From the NCBI GenBank assembly GCA_964035545.1, contig OZ037769.1, positions 13,546,633 through 13,610,632 on the forward strand: a DNA stretch of 64,000 nucleotides, in the 5' to 3' direction. Numbering within the stretch: position 1 is the first letter of the stretch; every line of letters starts with the position of its first letter. This DNA comes from Bugula neritina (lineage: Eukaryota > Animalia > Bryozoa). The translations under genes and the position numbers were made by a program. The notes below the pieces were generated by a model. That model saw only the letters and a list, made by a program, of their open reading frames with translations. It searched no databases and had not been told where the DNA came from. Positions 47,772 to 59,059 of the stretch are shown piece by piece.

Positions 47772-48530
47772 ATGGAAAACAAATTATTAAGAGAAATTGC
47801 TGATAATACGGCCTCTAAACAAACGATGACTATAGGAGTTACCGATACTAAAACGAGAATAATTACTCAACTTAATCCGCCTATAGAATTAAATAAAAAT
47901 AAAAAATACGAAATGTGTCTTATTAGTTTAGATACGTTTTATTCTTTTCCAAACATTAGTACCGATAGAAATTCCTATAGATGGTCTAAAGACGGTGGTA
48001 CTACGTGGTATTCAGTTTCGTTACCAATCGGAGTGTACGAATTAGATCAACTAGAAGAAGCTATTCAAGACGAAATAGTAAAAGAGGGGGGTAATAGAAA
48101 CGGTATTACTTTGCAAGCTAATAAAGTAACTTTTAGAATTATACTTAAATTAAAACCAAATTATCGAATAGATTTTAACGTTGAAAATTCTCTAAGAGAC
48201 GTTTTAGGTTTTGACGCGAGAATATACGATCAACCTTATATCGAAGCTACGAACATAGTAAATATTTTAAATATAAACGCTATACACGTACAAGTTGATC
48301 GTATTAACGGAAGTTATATCGATGGTACTTATAAACCCGTTATTTATTCATTTTTTCCGAGCGTTAGTCCAGGATATAAAATAATAGAAAAACCTCATAA
48401 TTTAATATACTTACCCGTTCACGTTAAATATATTAAGACGTTAACCGTTACGGTAACTGATCAAAAAGGTAATTTATTAGATCTTAGCGGTGAACAACTT
48501 TCAATAAGATTTCATTTAAGAGAAGTTTAA
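47772..48530 (+). CDS. Minor capsid (penton-like single jelly-roll) protein
   Basis: LNPPIEL..YEMCL..YSFPNI, LPIGVYEL, LRDVLGF, IYSFFPSVSPGYKIIEKP..IYLPV, DQKGNLLDLSGE..IRFHLRE; directly follows the major capsid gene. Confidence 0.8.
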   Translation: MENKLLREIADNTASKQTMTIGVTDTKTRIITQLNPPIELNKNKKYEMCLISLDTFYSFPNISTDRNSYRWSKDGGTTWYSVSLPIGVYELDQLEEAIQDEIVKEGGNRNGITLQANKVTFRIILKLKPNYRIDFNVENSLRDVLGFDARIYDQPYIEATNIVNILNINAIHVQVDRINGSYIDGTYKPVIYSFFPSVSPGYKIIEKPHNLIYLPVHVKYIKTLTVTVTDQKGNLLDLSGEQLSIRFHLREV

Positions 48531-48541
48531 CGTATATATAA

Positions 48542-49111
48542 ATGGGTTACTGCGAAATTATAGGAAATGTGCCACAGGCGCAAAAACAAAAAATAATGAA
48601 CGCTTATAGAAGTGGTAAGGGTTGCGTTATTAAATTGCCTCTTGAAAGTGGAAATGATAAACTAGTCGTTACGAAAACGCAAAATGATAATATTTTAAAA
48701 GCGTTAAACGCGAATAAAAAAAATATAACGCTCGAAATGTCTCCGTCGTTAGTAAAAACTAACGCGTCAATGAGCGGAGGATTTTTAGGAGCTCTATTGG
48801 GTATAGCTACGAGAGTAATACCTACGCTATTAAAAACTATTATACCTGGTGTACTTTCAGGAGCCGCTAGCGCGGGAGTCGAAAGAGCTATTAAAGGTAA
48901 AGGTCTTTATTTGAAAAGAGGCGGATGCGTATGTTCCATAGAACCTAATTCAAACGGTTCTATTACTTTAAAACCAGTCGCGTCGTCTAATTTAATGAAG
49001 GGTAACGGTTTATATTTAAAACAAGGTTCTAGCTATATAAAAGGCGAAGGTTTAATTTTAGGTCCAAATAGTCCGTTTAAAAACATTCCTCTTTTAGGCA
49101 TGCTGTTATAG
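48542..49111 (+). CDS. Polinton virion protein with an adenovirus pX/pVI-like MSGG|FLGALL segment
   Basis: MSGGFLGALLGIATRVIPTLL hydrophobic helix; repeated KGxGLYL; C-terminal GPNSPFKNIPLLGMLL. Confidence 0.7.
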   Translation: MGYCEIIGNVPQAQKQKIMNAYRSGKGCVIKLPLESGNDKLVVTKTQNDNILKALNANKKNITLEMSPSLVKTNASMSGGFLGALLGIATRVIPTLLKTIIPGVLSGAASAGVERAIKGKGLYLKRGGCVCSIEPNSNGSITLKPVASSNLMKGNGLYLKQGSSYIKGEGLILGPNSPFKNIPLLGMLL

Positions 49112-49130
49112 TTTAAGAATGTATATATAA

Positions 49131-49520
49131 ATGGTTGACTCAACAGTAATTACTTATAAAAGCCTCGACGGCACCCCAATTACCGAAACGATATATAAAA
49201 CTTCCGAATACGAAAAACGAATGTACGAAAGCGGTGATTTAAAAGAAATAATTATATATAAAAATTTTAATATATTAGACGAAATGACTAATCCGTCTAA
49301 CGAACGTGGTTTACTCGAAGAACGTGTTTATACTAATAAAAGAGAAATTATTTATAAAGAAAATGATGGAAAATTAAAAATAAAAACTATTTACAAAACG
49401 AAAGAAATAATTCAAGAACTTAACGTAGGTTTAATGAATTACGCAGCGGCTAGAATACCGTCATTCTTTACTAAACTAAAATACGCCGAAGACGAAATAG
49501 AAAAAAGACGTATAGTTTAA
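49131..49520 (+). CDS. Polinton hypothetical protein (129 aa)
   Basis: TAAATG start and element-like composition; no recognised motif. Confidence 0.6.
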   Translation: MVDSTVITYKSLDGTPITETIYKTSEYEKRMYESGDLKEIIIYKNFNILDEMTNPSNERGLLEERVYTNKREIIYKENDGKLKIKTIYKTKEIIQELNVGLMNYAAARIPSFFTKLKYAEDEIEKRRIV

Positions 49521-49656
49521 AGAAAACATATATAAATATGCGTATAATACGGCACACGTAATTCGCTCTTAGGACCGATTATTACGCGCTATTTAGCAGC
49601 CTATATGAATATTTTTGTATTGAACTCCCTTTTTTAATTAATTATAATATTATTAA

Positions 49657-50136
49657 TTAACAAACGTTGTTACGAGCGACTATTATATCGCTTTTTTTAT
49701 TTAATATTACGCTATTAATATCTTTATATTTTTCGGTTATAGCGTCGTACTCTCCTTCGTCTATATGAGCGTCGCTTAAAAATTTTGATAACATAGAATT
49801 AATTTCTAATTTAGAATTTTTTATAAACGTATATACGTCTAAATACATTAACGTAGATTTAATTAATTTAGCGTCTTGAGAAGAAATAGAAGTAGTAATT
49901 ACACTCATTATACTTATTATTATAGATAATGGTAATAACGTTTGTTTAGTAACGTTAGCGTTTAATAACGCCGTAATAATAACACCGCATATTAAATTCG
50001 TTGTACCGCATAATCCTGAAATTATTTTTAACGATTTTGATAACCAATTAAAACGATTAAGTTTTTGTTCGTATTCGTTTTCTAATTTAATAATTTCATC
50101 GTTTAAAAGTTCTAATTTTTCTCGTCGAAAGTCCAT
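49657..50136 (-). CDS. Polinton hypothetical membrane protein (coiled coil plus two hydrophobic helices)
   Basis: 159 aa, TAAATG start, two hydrophobic segments, C-terminal DAHIDEGEY. Confidence 0.7.
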   Translation of the reverse strand: MDFRREKLELLNDEIIKLENEYEQKLNRFNWLSKSLKIISGLCGTTNLICGVIITALLNANVTKQTLLPLSIIISIMSVITTSISSQDAKLIKSTLMYLDVYTFIKNSKLEINSMLSKFLSDAHIDEGEYDAITEKYKDINSVILNKKSDIIVARNNVC

Positions 50137-50148
50137 TTATATAAAAAA

Positions 50149-50415
50149 ATGATTTTTATTATTACATTATTTTATAATATGGAGTTTACTAATGAATTAC
50201 TCGATAAACTAATAGCTCAAGCTAAACAAAAGAAATATATACCTCTTCCCGAACATACATTTATGCGATTAACCGATTATTATACTTTAAAAATTAATTC
50301 CATATCGAATGAAAATCGAGATAAATTATTTAAACATTTTAATAAAAATTTAACATCACGACGTAAAGTAACTAAACTTAAAGCGCAAGTAAATAAAATT
50401 CTTGAAGATGTATAA
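50149..50415 (+). CDS. Small basic hypothetical protein (start may be ATG 50179)
   Basis: Open frame between the membrane-protein gene and PolB; the only element ORF without TAAATG. Confidence 0.45.
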   Translation: MIFIITLFYNMEFTNELLDKLIAQAKQKKYIPLPEHTFMRLTDYYTLKINSISNENRDKLFKHFNKNLTSRRKVTKLKAQVNKILEDV

Positions 50416-50467
50416 AACCAATTTTTTATTTAAAAATTGATTTTACCATTAAAGAAATTATATATAA

Positions 50468-53400
50468 ATGGAGTTCAATACAAAAATTACCGTTAAAGCC
50501 TTGAAGGCTCTAGCTAAAGAAAGAGGATTGAAACGATATTCTCAATTAAAAAGAGCCGAACTTATGCGGCTCTTAATGATTGAAGATAAATTCAAGTTAA
50601 TTAAAGACTTGAAAATTTTGGTTAAAGAAAGAGGGTTTAAGCGATACTCTAGCTTAAAAAGAGCCGAACTTATACGGCTATTATCGCCTATGGATGAACC
50701 AGTTCCGAATATAGGACAAGCCCCGTTAATACCTACACCCGTGAAAAAAATTATGCGAGAAATATTTACGCAAACTACGTATAATATAAAAAAATGGGTT
50801 GAAGGTATTGTAAAACCGATTGCGAAGATTATAAATCTGATTAAGGATAAAATTATGGCTTTATATAATCAGCCTAAGCTTATAGAACAAGCCATTAATG
50901 GTTGGTTTAAAACTTACGAAATTAATGGTTTACCCAAGTACGATATAAATTCGTTTAGTAAACTAGTAAAATTAAATGTATTAAAATTATTAAAACCCGC
51001 TATAAAAACTAAAATAATAATAACGTGTGAAATGAAAAAAATTAATTTAATTACCGGTAAAAGCGAAATATTAATTACCGCGTTTTCATCACGCATTGAA
51101 ACTATATTAGAGTCTACGAATATTAATAAAATATACGATGTAATGATTGAACGTATAAAAGAAAATTTAGCTTCATTTAATTCTAAAGGAAGTAGTTGGA
51201 TATTTAACGGCATTATAAAAATGCAAATTAATATTAATAAATATCAACCTTTTGCGGGATCATCGTATATCGATCTTCCTAAAATAATTAAAAATAAAAA
51301 GGCTATAATAAACCCGAAAAATAATGATAATAAATGTTTTATGTGGGCCGTATTAGCCGCTCTTTATCCGGCTAAAAATCATTCGGATAGAATTAGTAAA
51401 TATAAAGAGCACGTTAATAAAGTATCGTGGGAAGGCGTAGAATTTCCGGCTACAATTAAATCTATTGACGCGTTTGAAAAAGCTAATCCTAATATTGGCA
51501 TTACCGTTTTCGCTTGGAATGGTAATTCCGTATATCCGTGGAGGCAATCATCTAAACGCGCTAAAACAGTAATTTTATTCCTTATAACTGATGATGAAAA
51601 AAGTCATTATACGTGGGTTAAAAATTTAAGTAAATTACTCAGCTCGCAAATAAATAGTGAGGGACACGCGAAACAATTTTGTTTAAATTGCTCGCAATCG
51701 TTTAAAACGGAAAAATCTTTAAAAAAGCATCAAGATTGGTGTTTAACGAATGAAGGTGTAATTATGACATTTCCGAAATTAGAAAATAAAATAAAATTTA
51801 ATTCTAATTACTATTGTCGCAGTATGAGAGTACCATTCGTAGTATACGCAGACTTTGAATGTTTTACAAAACCTATACAAGGTTGTCAGCCTAATTCACA
51901 GGAAAGCTATACTAATCAGTATCAACAGCATGAACCGTCAGGCTTCGGATATTATGTAGTAAGCGTTACCGGCGAGTGCGAGTATAAAAGTTATACTAAA
52001 CAAAACGAAAATGAAAATATTGGTGACAAATTTATGAGAAATTTAGAAGAAACAATTAAAAACTTATATAATAAGCACAAGTTTCCTAAACAAATGATAA
52101 TTACGGCTAGCGAGCAAGAGTCTTTCGAATTAGCTGAAATTTGTCATATATGCGAGGAAAAATTAAATAACGATAGAGTAAGAGATCATTGTCACTTAAC
52201 TGCAAATTATAGAGGAGCCGCGCACGAACATTGCAACTTAAATTATAAAGTTCCAAAATTTTATCCAGTATTTATTCATAACTTATCGGGTTATGACGCC
52301 CACTTGTTCGTTAAAAACTTAAGCGGTAAAATTTCTTGTATACCTAATACCGAAGAGAAATATATATCCTTTAGCGAACGAGTGGTAGTAGATGAATTTA
52401 TTAATGAAGAAGGTAAAAATGTTGAAATTACGCGTGAAATTCGCTTTTTAGACTCGTATAAATTTATGAGTTTTAGTTTAGCGAGTTTAGTAGCGAATTT
52501 AAAACGTAATGACTTTAAACACTTGCAACAACATTACTTAAAAAATCAATTAAACTTGTTATTGAGAAAAGGAGTATTTCCTTACGATTATTTTAATAAC
52601 GTAAGCGTGTTAGATGAAACGTCTTTACCTTCAAAAGAAAAGTTTTATTCGAGCTTAACCGAGCAAGGTATTTCGGAAGAAGACTACACTCACGCTTAAA
52701 ATGTTTGGAAAGAGTTTAATATGAAAACGTTTAGAGACTATCACGACTTGTATATGAAAATCGATGTATTACAGTTGGCTGACGTTTTTGAAAACTTTAG
52801 AAGCATATGTTTAGAGCATTATAAATTAGATCCAGCTTGGTATTATACGGCTCCGGGTTTAAGTTGGAATGCCATGCTCAAAACTACTGAATTAGAGCTA
52901 GACCCAATTACCAACGTTGAGCAACTACTCTTCTTTGAAAGAGGAATTAGAGGCGGTGTAAGTATGATTAGTCATAGGTACGCTAAAGCCAATAATAAGT
53001 ATATGGAAAATTATAACGCTAGCGAACCTAGTAGTTATATTACGTATTTAGACGCTAATAATTTATACGGATGGGCTATGTCGCAAAAATTACCCGTAGG
53101 TAATTTTAGATGGATGGGTGAAAGGCAATGTAAAAATTTAGAAAAAAGTTTAAAATTCCCGCCTAGCTTTTTAGAAGTAGATTTAGAATATTCTAAAGAA
53201 GTACACTGCTTCCATAAAGATTATCCGTTCTGTCCTGAAAGATTAACGATTAATAAAACGAAAAAATTAATTCCAAATTTAAATAATAAAAAGAATTACG
53301 TTATACATTATGAGGCGTTAAAACAATGCCTTATGTATGGCTTAAAATTAACGAAGATTCATAGAGGTATAACCTTTAACGAATCGGATAAACTTAAAAA

Positions 53401-54226
53401 ATATATAAACTTAAATACCAGACTAAGAACTTTAGCTAAGAGCAATTTTGAAAAAGATTTTTTTAAGTTAATGAATAATTCCGTATTTGGTAAAACGATG
53501 GAAAATATTCGTAATAGAATTAATGTTAAATTAGTTACTAGCGAAAGCGAAGCTAAAAAGTTAACTAATCAACCTAATTTCAAAGGTAGTACAATATTTT
53601 CCAAAAATTTAATAGCCATTCATATGAATGTAACGAAATTAAAATTTAATAAGCCCGTATATTTAGGCGCGGCTATATTAGATATTAGTAAAATTCTAAT
53701 GTACGACTTTCATTACGAATACATTAGACTTAAATATGGTAATAAAGCTCAGTTATTGTTTACGGATACGGACAGCTTAATGTATCACGTACAAACTGAA
53801 GACTTTTATAAGGATATATTACCGGACATTGAAGCTAGATTCGATACTAGTAATTATCCTAAAATTCACACGTTACCAACGGGTGTGAATAAAAAAGTAA
53901 TAGGAAAATTTAAGGACGAAGCCGGTGGCAAACAAATTACGGAATTTGTAGGCCTAAGAGCTAAGTTGTACTCTTACAAAATGGATGGTATAGAAGAGAA
54001 AAAGTGTAAGGGTATTAATAAAAGTACGCGGGATAATCGCATAACGTTTGACGATTATAAAGAGTGCTTATTAACGCGAATAAATCAGCATAGAACGATG
54101 AACGTATTAAGAAGTCATAAGCATACAATGTACGCTGAGACTATAAATAAAGTGGCTTTGTCGGCTGAAGATGATAAGAGAATAATACTAGAAGATGGTA
54201 TAACAACGGTTCCTTACGGTTATTAA
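50468..54226 (+). CDS. polB: Protein-primed-type family B DNA polymerase with N-terminal helix-extension-helix repeats, C2H2-like finger and endonuclease VII-like domain; one in-frame TAA at 52697-52699
   Basis: ORFs 50468-52699 and 52721-54226 are in the same frame (..YTHA*NVWKEFNMK..). Motifs: YADFE, HNLSGYD, RDHCHLTANYRGAAHEHCN, YLDANNLYGWAM, KLMNNSVFGK, FTDTDSL. Confidence 0.95.
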
Positions 54227-54559
54227 TAAATGAGTATAAAGTTAGAAAATAAAGCTCTTTCAAATATTGAATTAGAATTTGCGATTAAAAAATTAAAAAT
54301 ACCGCGTTTTAGAGGAGTATTCTCAAGAAATGACTTACCCGATAAACCGCGTAAAAAAGAATGCGGTATATTAAATTTAGACAATTTAATGGGTAACGGT
54401 ACTCATTGGGTAGCTTGGTATAAAAATGGAAATAAAAAATATTATTTCGATAGTTTTGGATTACATCCTCCTTTAGAAATAATGAAATATTTAAAACCGC
54501 CTATATTTTATAACACGGAACGAGTACAAGAATTTGGTACCGTTATATGCGGACACTTG

Positions 54560-54791
54560 TGTTCGGTGTTCATGTAAACATTTATTTCTAATTTGTTATT
54601 TTATTATTTTACTATTTTTTGTCATAATCTTAATAATTAATTGTATCACTTATTGTAATAGTTTTAGTATTTTCGTGTATATATATTGTGGTAATAAATC
54701 ACGGCTTCGGCCTCTTACGTTTATCAACTAACTCGAGCACGTTCTGTCTTTTCACGATAGCTGAAATAATATCACAAATCAACATAAAACA
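54560..54791 (+). repeat. 5' LTR
   Basis: TGTTCGGTG...CATAAAACA; direct repeat of 58828-59059; contains AATAAA. Confidence 0.97.
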
Positions 54792-54804
54792 TGGTGCCCC
54801 GAGT
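54792..54804 (+). promoter_or_regulatory. Primer-binding site, probably for elongator tRNA-Met
   Basis: TGGTGCCCCGAGT directly after the LTR, complementary to ..ACTCGGGGCACCA-3'. The tRNA assignment is from recalled tRNA sequences. Confidence 0.7.
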
Positions 54805-54835
54805 CTAATTATTATTAATATTACACTGAAATAAC

Positions 54836-57800
54836 ATGGAGCAATTACTAGCGCCAAAACCATTAGCAGATGGACCGAATTTACCTGAGGAATGGAAGAT
54901 TTTTAAACGTGACTTCGAACTTTTTTTAACGGCCACATCGAAAGATACAGCCGAAGGCAAAGTGAAAACTGCATACCTACTTAGAACTATCGGTCGCCGA
55001 GGCAACCAAATATACGACTCTTTCAACTGGACTGACAACAATGACAAAACTGACTATGACAAAGTTGTGACGCAGTTTGATGACTACTGCAAACCAAGAA
55101 TAAACTTAGTGGCTAAGACTCACTCACTACTGACTTGTAAGCAAGGAAATAGAACTATTGACGAATTTTTGACTGAACTACATACCATTGCAGGACTATG
55201 TGACTTAAAAGACATGTACAACCGACTGATACTACAGGCACTGATACTGGGAATTGAAAGTGACAAGATTAGAAAGAAACTGTTTGACTTGACTGACTTT
55301 GACAAAGCAATTGAACTCTGCAGACGAGAAGAAGCATCGGCTATTGACTACAAGACTATGACTAAGGATAACACATATGGACTCGAACAAGTGAACTTGG
55401 TAAAACATAGACCTCCGACTCATCAATATCACTCTAATGACACTCGTAACACTGATAAACACAGAGGACAACTTTCACACACTCACTCTCAGCCCAACGT
55501 CAGAAAATCAGTTGGTGCTTCTAGGTGTGGAAACTGTGGAGGCAATCACCCACCTCGAGCATGCCCAGCATATGGGAAACAGTGCAATCATTGCAAGAAA
55601 TTTAACCACTTTGCTGCATACTGCAGGTCACGCATGCATCATTATCGCGACTCAACCGAAACAGCCAATCAAGTCACCTGGAATTACTCTTCAGACAGTG
55701 ACTCTCAACATGTAAGTACTATCTCCACTACTGTACGAGATCGTAAATTATTAGCGATGCTCACTGCTAAGCAAGCAGATACTATTTATGACATTGAATT
55801 CCAACTTGACACTGGTGCATCATGCAATACTTTGAATACGATCGACTACGACAAGCTAGGTAGACCGAAACTTACACCGACTGATACTGTACTAACTTTA
55901 TATGACCAGAGCAAGTGTGCACCACTAGGGTGGACACGGATACAGATACTAAACAAGCAAGGATGTTACACTACATTAAAATTCCTAGTTGTGGAAACCA
56001 CCCAACATAGCTTGCTGTCATGGAAATCATGTTTGCACCTGGATTTATTACAAATGCCCAGCACCAAAAGCGAGAATGTAAACTTTGCCACTACTGACCC
56101 AGACCTTCAGACTTTACTGACTAACTTTGATGACATATTTACCGGACTTGGAAAGTTTGAACAGGAATATAGGATAGAGCTAAGACCTGAAGCTGTACCA
56201 GTGCAAGTCCGACCGCGGAAGGTGCCCTTGTCGATGAAATCAGATCTCATCAAGACTATTCTTGAACTAGAACAACGTCAAATTATCGCTAAGGTAGAAG
56301 CACCTACAGACTGGATAAGCCATCTACAACCAGTGCGCAAGCCTAATGGAAAGATACGCATCTGCATAGATCCGCAAAATCTCAATCAAGCAATTAAACA
56401 AAACCACGCTGTCATGCCAACATTGGAAGATGTTTTGCCACAACTCAACGGTGCCAAGTTTTTCTCCTTGTGTGACGCCAAAGAAGGTTTCTATCAAATT
56501 CCCCTAGCTGAGGAATCTACAGACTTGACAACTTTCTGGACTCCCATAGGAAAGTACAAGTACCTAAGGCTACCCTTTGGAATTGCATCAGCGCCGGAGG
56601 AGTTTCAGAGAAGGCTCACGGAAAATCTTGCTGGTCTTGATGGCATCACCATAGTTGCAGATGACATCCTAATTTTTGGAAGCACAAGGAAAGAGCATGA
56701 TAGAAACCTTGAAGCGCTCTTCAAACGTGCTCGACAGACAGGACTGAGACTGAACAAGGAAAAATCCCGCTTCCTTCAGGACGAACTACCTTACATTGGA
56801 CACATACTGACAACTAATGGACTTAAACCAGATCCTAACAAAGTAAAAGCCATTCTTAAGATGAAACCTCCCTCATCTCCACAGGGAGTAAAACGATTCC
56901 TTGGTCACATCACATACATGTCAAAATTTATTAGCAACCTAGCATCGGAATCTGAACCATTACGACGTTTACTGACACAAGACAATGCTCAAGACTTTCA
57001 CTGGACTGACGACCAAATGAACGCTTTTAATAGACTGAAGACCTTACTAACTGACTCAGAAACTCTACAATACTTTGACTGCAACAAGCCAGTAACTATA
57101 CAAACTGACGCTTCAAATGCTGGTGTGGGTGCAACACTCATGCAAGGAGGCAAGCCTGTAGCATATGCATCTCGCAGTTTAACAAAATCGGAACAGAACT
57201 ATGTGCCACTAGAGCTTGAGTGCCTTGCCATAGTGTTTGGCACTGAACGCTTTGACCAGTATATCTTTGGTCACCATGCTGTCACTATCCAAACTGACCA
57301 CAAACCCCTTGTATCTATTTTCAGGAAATCCATTCATAAGGCATCTCGGAGGTTGCAGGCTATGCTTCTTCACTTACAAAGATACCCCAACATTAAGGTA
57401 ACTTGGCAAAAGGGTGCTGAACAGATCACGGCTGACTTACTCTCAAGAGACTCATACTTTGACTCCCCCAACTATCAACAACTACCAGAACACATTTTTC
57501 ACATTGACTCTCAAAATAATGATGCTCCTGTTTGTGACGACTTAATTGACAACATTAGGACTGCTACTGCACAGGACAATGAACTTATGACACTGACAAA
57601 CCTTATTAAACATGACTGGAACATTGCCAACTGCACAACTCACGACAAGTACAAACACTTTCAGGACGAACTATCTATTGACAATGGCATTGTTTACAAA
57701 GGACTACGAGCCATTATTCCAAAGACACTCCAGAGAAAGTTTCTCCAACTACTTCACACCGGCCATAATGGGATTAACTCCACACTAAGACGTGCCCGCC

Positions 57801-58786
57801 ACACAGTGTTTTGGCTTGGCATCACCAATGACATCAAAAACAATATTGCTAACTGTCGACAATGTCAACTGGATGCTCCCCGGCAACAGAAGGAAACACT
57901 TTTACTCCACACAGTTCCCCAACAACCCTGGACCAAAGTAGGAATTGACTTGTTTGAATACAATCACACTCACTACATTACTATTGTTGACTATACGACT
58001 GACTACCTTGAATATGACCGACTGGACAACCAAACAGCAGAGGCTGTTATCAACTCCATAAAGCGCTGTTTTGGACGCCTGGGAATACCCAGACAGGTTC
58101 ACACTGACAACGGACCACAGTTTACCTCGCACCAGTTTTCCACTTTCAGCCAATCATGGAATTTCACACACACCACCAGCTCTCCATATCATCCTCAGTC
58201 CAATGGGAAGGCAGAGTCTGCTGTGAAGATAGCCAAACGTATACTCCGCAGATGTGAAGAGCCCGAACTTGCGTTACTGGAACATCTCAACACCACCAAA
58301 GAAGGCCTGACGGCCAGCCCAATTCAGCAACTTATCGGAAGACCCACCAGGTCAGTACTCCCACAAGTTCGGCCAGAAACAGAGAACAACCAAGGTTGGT
58401 GGGAAAAGCAGGGCCGCAATGAAAAACTGCAGCAGAGATGCAATGACGGTGCAAGAGATTTGGCAGTGCTGAAAGAAGGGCAACCAGTTTTGGTTCGAGA
58501 CTGGAGTCAGCACCGGAGAAAATGGCAGGAGGCGCAAATTAACAAACAATTGAGTAGCAGAGCCTATGCCATACAACTTAACAACAACCTCTTTCGGAGA
58601 AACCGGCGAGACATCAGACCACTCGTCACGGAGCCAGCGAGTCCTGAGACACCAAAGGATCCTAAACAAAACGCTAGTAGTACCCAGGTTGACACCACCG
58701 AGAGCGCCAATCATAGCGACAATCTAAGACGTTCAACCAGAGAACGGAAGCCACCTAGTTGGATGGCAGACTATGTGCCCTCTTAA
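54836..58786 (+). CDS. Gag-Pol polyprotein (gag with Zn knuckles, protease, RT, RNase H, integrase)
   Basis: CNHCKKFNHFAAYC; LDTGA; RLPFG..VADDIL; QTDAS..TDHKPL; HTGH..CRQC, GIDLF, TDNGPQF, SNGKAE. Domain order PR-RT-RH-IN is Ty3/Gypsy. Confidence 0.96.
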   Translation: MEQLLAPKPLADGPNLPEEWKIFKRDFELFLTATSKDTAEGKVKTAYLLRTIGRRGNQIYDSFNWTDNNDKTDYDKVVTQFDDYCKPRINLVAKTHSLLTCKQGNRTIDEFLTELHTIAGLCDLKDMYNRLILQALILGIESDKIRKKLFDLTDFDKAIELCRREEASAIDYKTMTKDNTYGLEQVNLVKHRPPTHQYHSNDTRNTDKHRGQLSHTHSQPNVRKSVGASRCGNCGGNHPPRACPAYGKQCNHCKKFNHFAAYCRSRMHHYRDSTETANQVTWNYSSDSDSQHVSTISTTVRDRKLLAMLTAKQADTIYDIEFQLDTGASCNTLNTIDYDKLGRPKLTPTDTVLTLYDQSKCAPLGWTRIQILNKQGCYTTLKFLVVETTQHSLLSWKSCLHLDLLQMPSTKSENVNFATTDPDLQTLLTNFDDIFTGLGKFEQEYRIELRPEAVPVQVRPRKVPLSMKSDLIKTILELEQRQIIAKVEAPTDWISHLQPVRKPNGKIRICIDPQNLNQAIKQNHAVMPTLEDVLPQLNGAKFFSLCDAKEGFYQIPLAEESTDLTTFWTPIGKYKYLRLPFGIASAPEEFQRRLTENLAGLDGITIVADDILIFGSTRKEHDRNLEALFKRARQTGLRLNKEKSRFLQDELPYIGHILTTNGLKPDPNKVKAILKMKPPSSPQGVKRFLGHITYMSKFISNLASESEPLRRLLTQDNAQDFHWTDDQMNAFNRLKTLLTDSETLQYFDCNKPVTIQTDASNAGVGATLMQGGKPVAYASRSLTKSEQNYVPLELECLAIVFGTERFDQYIFGHHAVTIQTDHKPLVSIFRKSIHKASRRLQAMLLHLQRYPNIKVTWQKGAEQITADLLSRDSYFDSPNYQQLPEHIFHIDSQNNDAPVCDDLIDNIRTATAQDNELMTLTNLIKHDWNIANCTTHDKYKHFQDELSIDNGIVYKGLRAIIPKTLQRKFLQLLHTGHNGINSTLRRARHTVFWLGITNDIKNNIANCRQCQLDAPRQQKETLLLHTVPQQPWTKVGIDLFEYNHTHYITIVDYTTDYLEYDRLDNQTAEAVINSIKRCFGRLGIPRQVHTDNGPQFTSHQFSTFSQSWNFTHTTSSPYHPQSNGKAESAVKIAKRILRRCEEPELALLEHLNTTKEGLTASPIQQLIGRPTRSVLPQVRPETENNQGWWEKQGRNEKLQQRCNDGARDLAVLKEGQPVLVRDWSQHRRKWQEAQINKQLSSRAYAIQLNNNLFRRNRRDIRPLVTEPASPETPKDPKQNASSTQVDTTESANHSDNLRRSTRERKPPSWMADYVPS

Positions 58787-58827
58787 AACAATCATATCTA
58801 AATAGCTTTTTTCTATTCTGTGGGAGA

Positions 58828-59059
58828 TGTTCGGTGTTCATGTAAACATTTATTTCTAATTTGTTATTTTATTATTTTACTATTTTTTGTCATAATCTTA
58901 ATAATTAATTGTATCACTTATTGTAATAGTTTTAGTATTTTCGTGTATATATATTGTGGTAATAAATCACGGCTTCGGCCTCTTACGTTTATCAACTAAC
59001 TCGAGCACGTTCTGTCTTTTCACGATAGCTGAAATAATATCACAAATCAACATAAAACA
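58828..59059 (+). repeat. 3' LTR
   Basis: Reads identical to the 5' LTR; preceded by GGGAGA. Confidence 0.97.

Larger units (their letters stand above)
54560..59059 (+). mobile_element. Intact Ty3/Gypsy LTR retrotransposon (Mag-like), 4500 bp
   Basis: 232-bp LTRs (TG...CA) that read identical; 5-bp TSD ACTTG at 54555-54559 and 59060-59064; PBS; short purine tract before the 3' LTR; single gag-pol ORF. Confidence 0.97.

Noticed and set aside
52721-54226. Separate second polymerase gene
   Set aside because: In frame with the upstream ORF across one TAA and lacks the TAAATG start; it is the C-terminal part of PolB.
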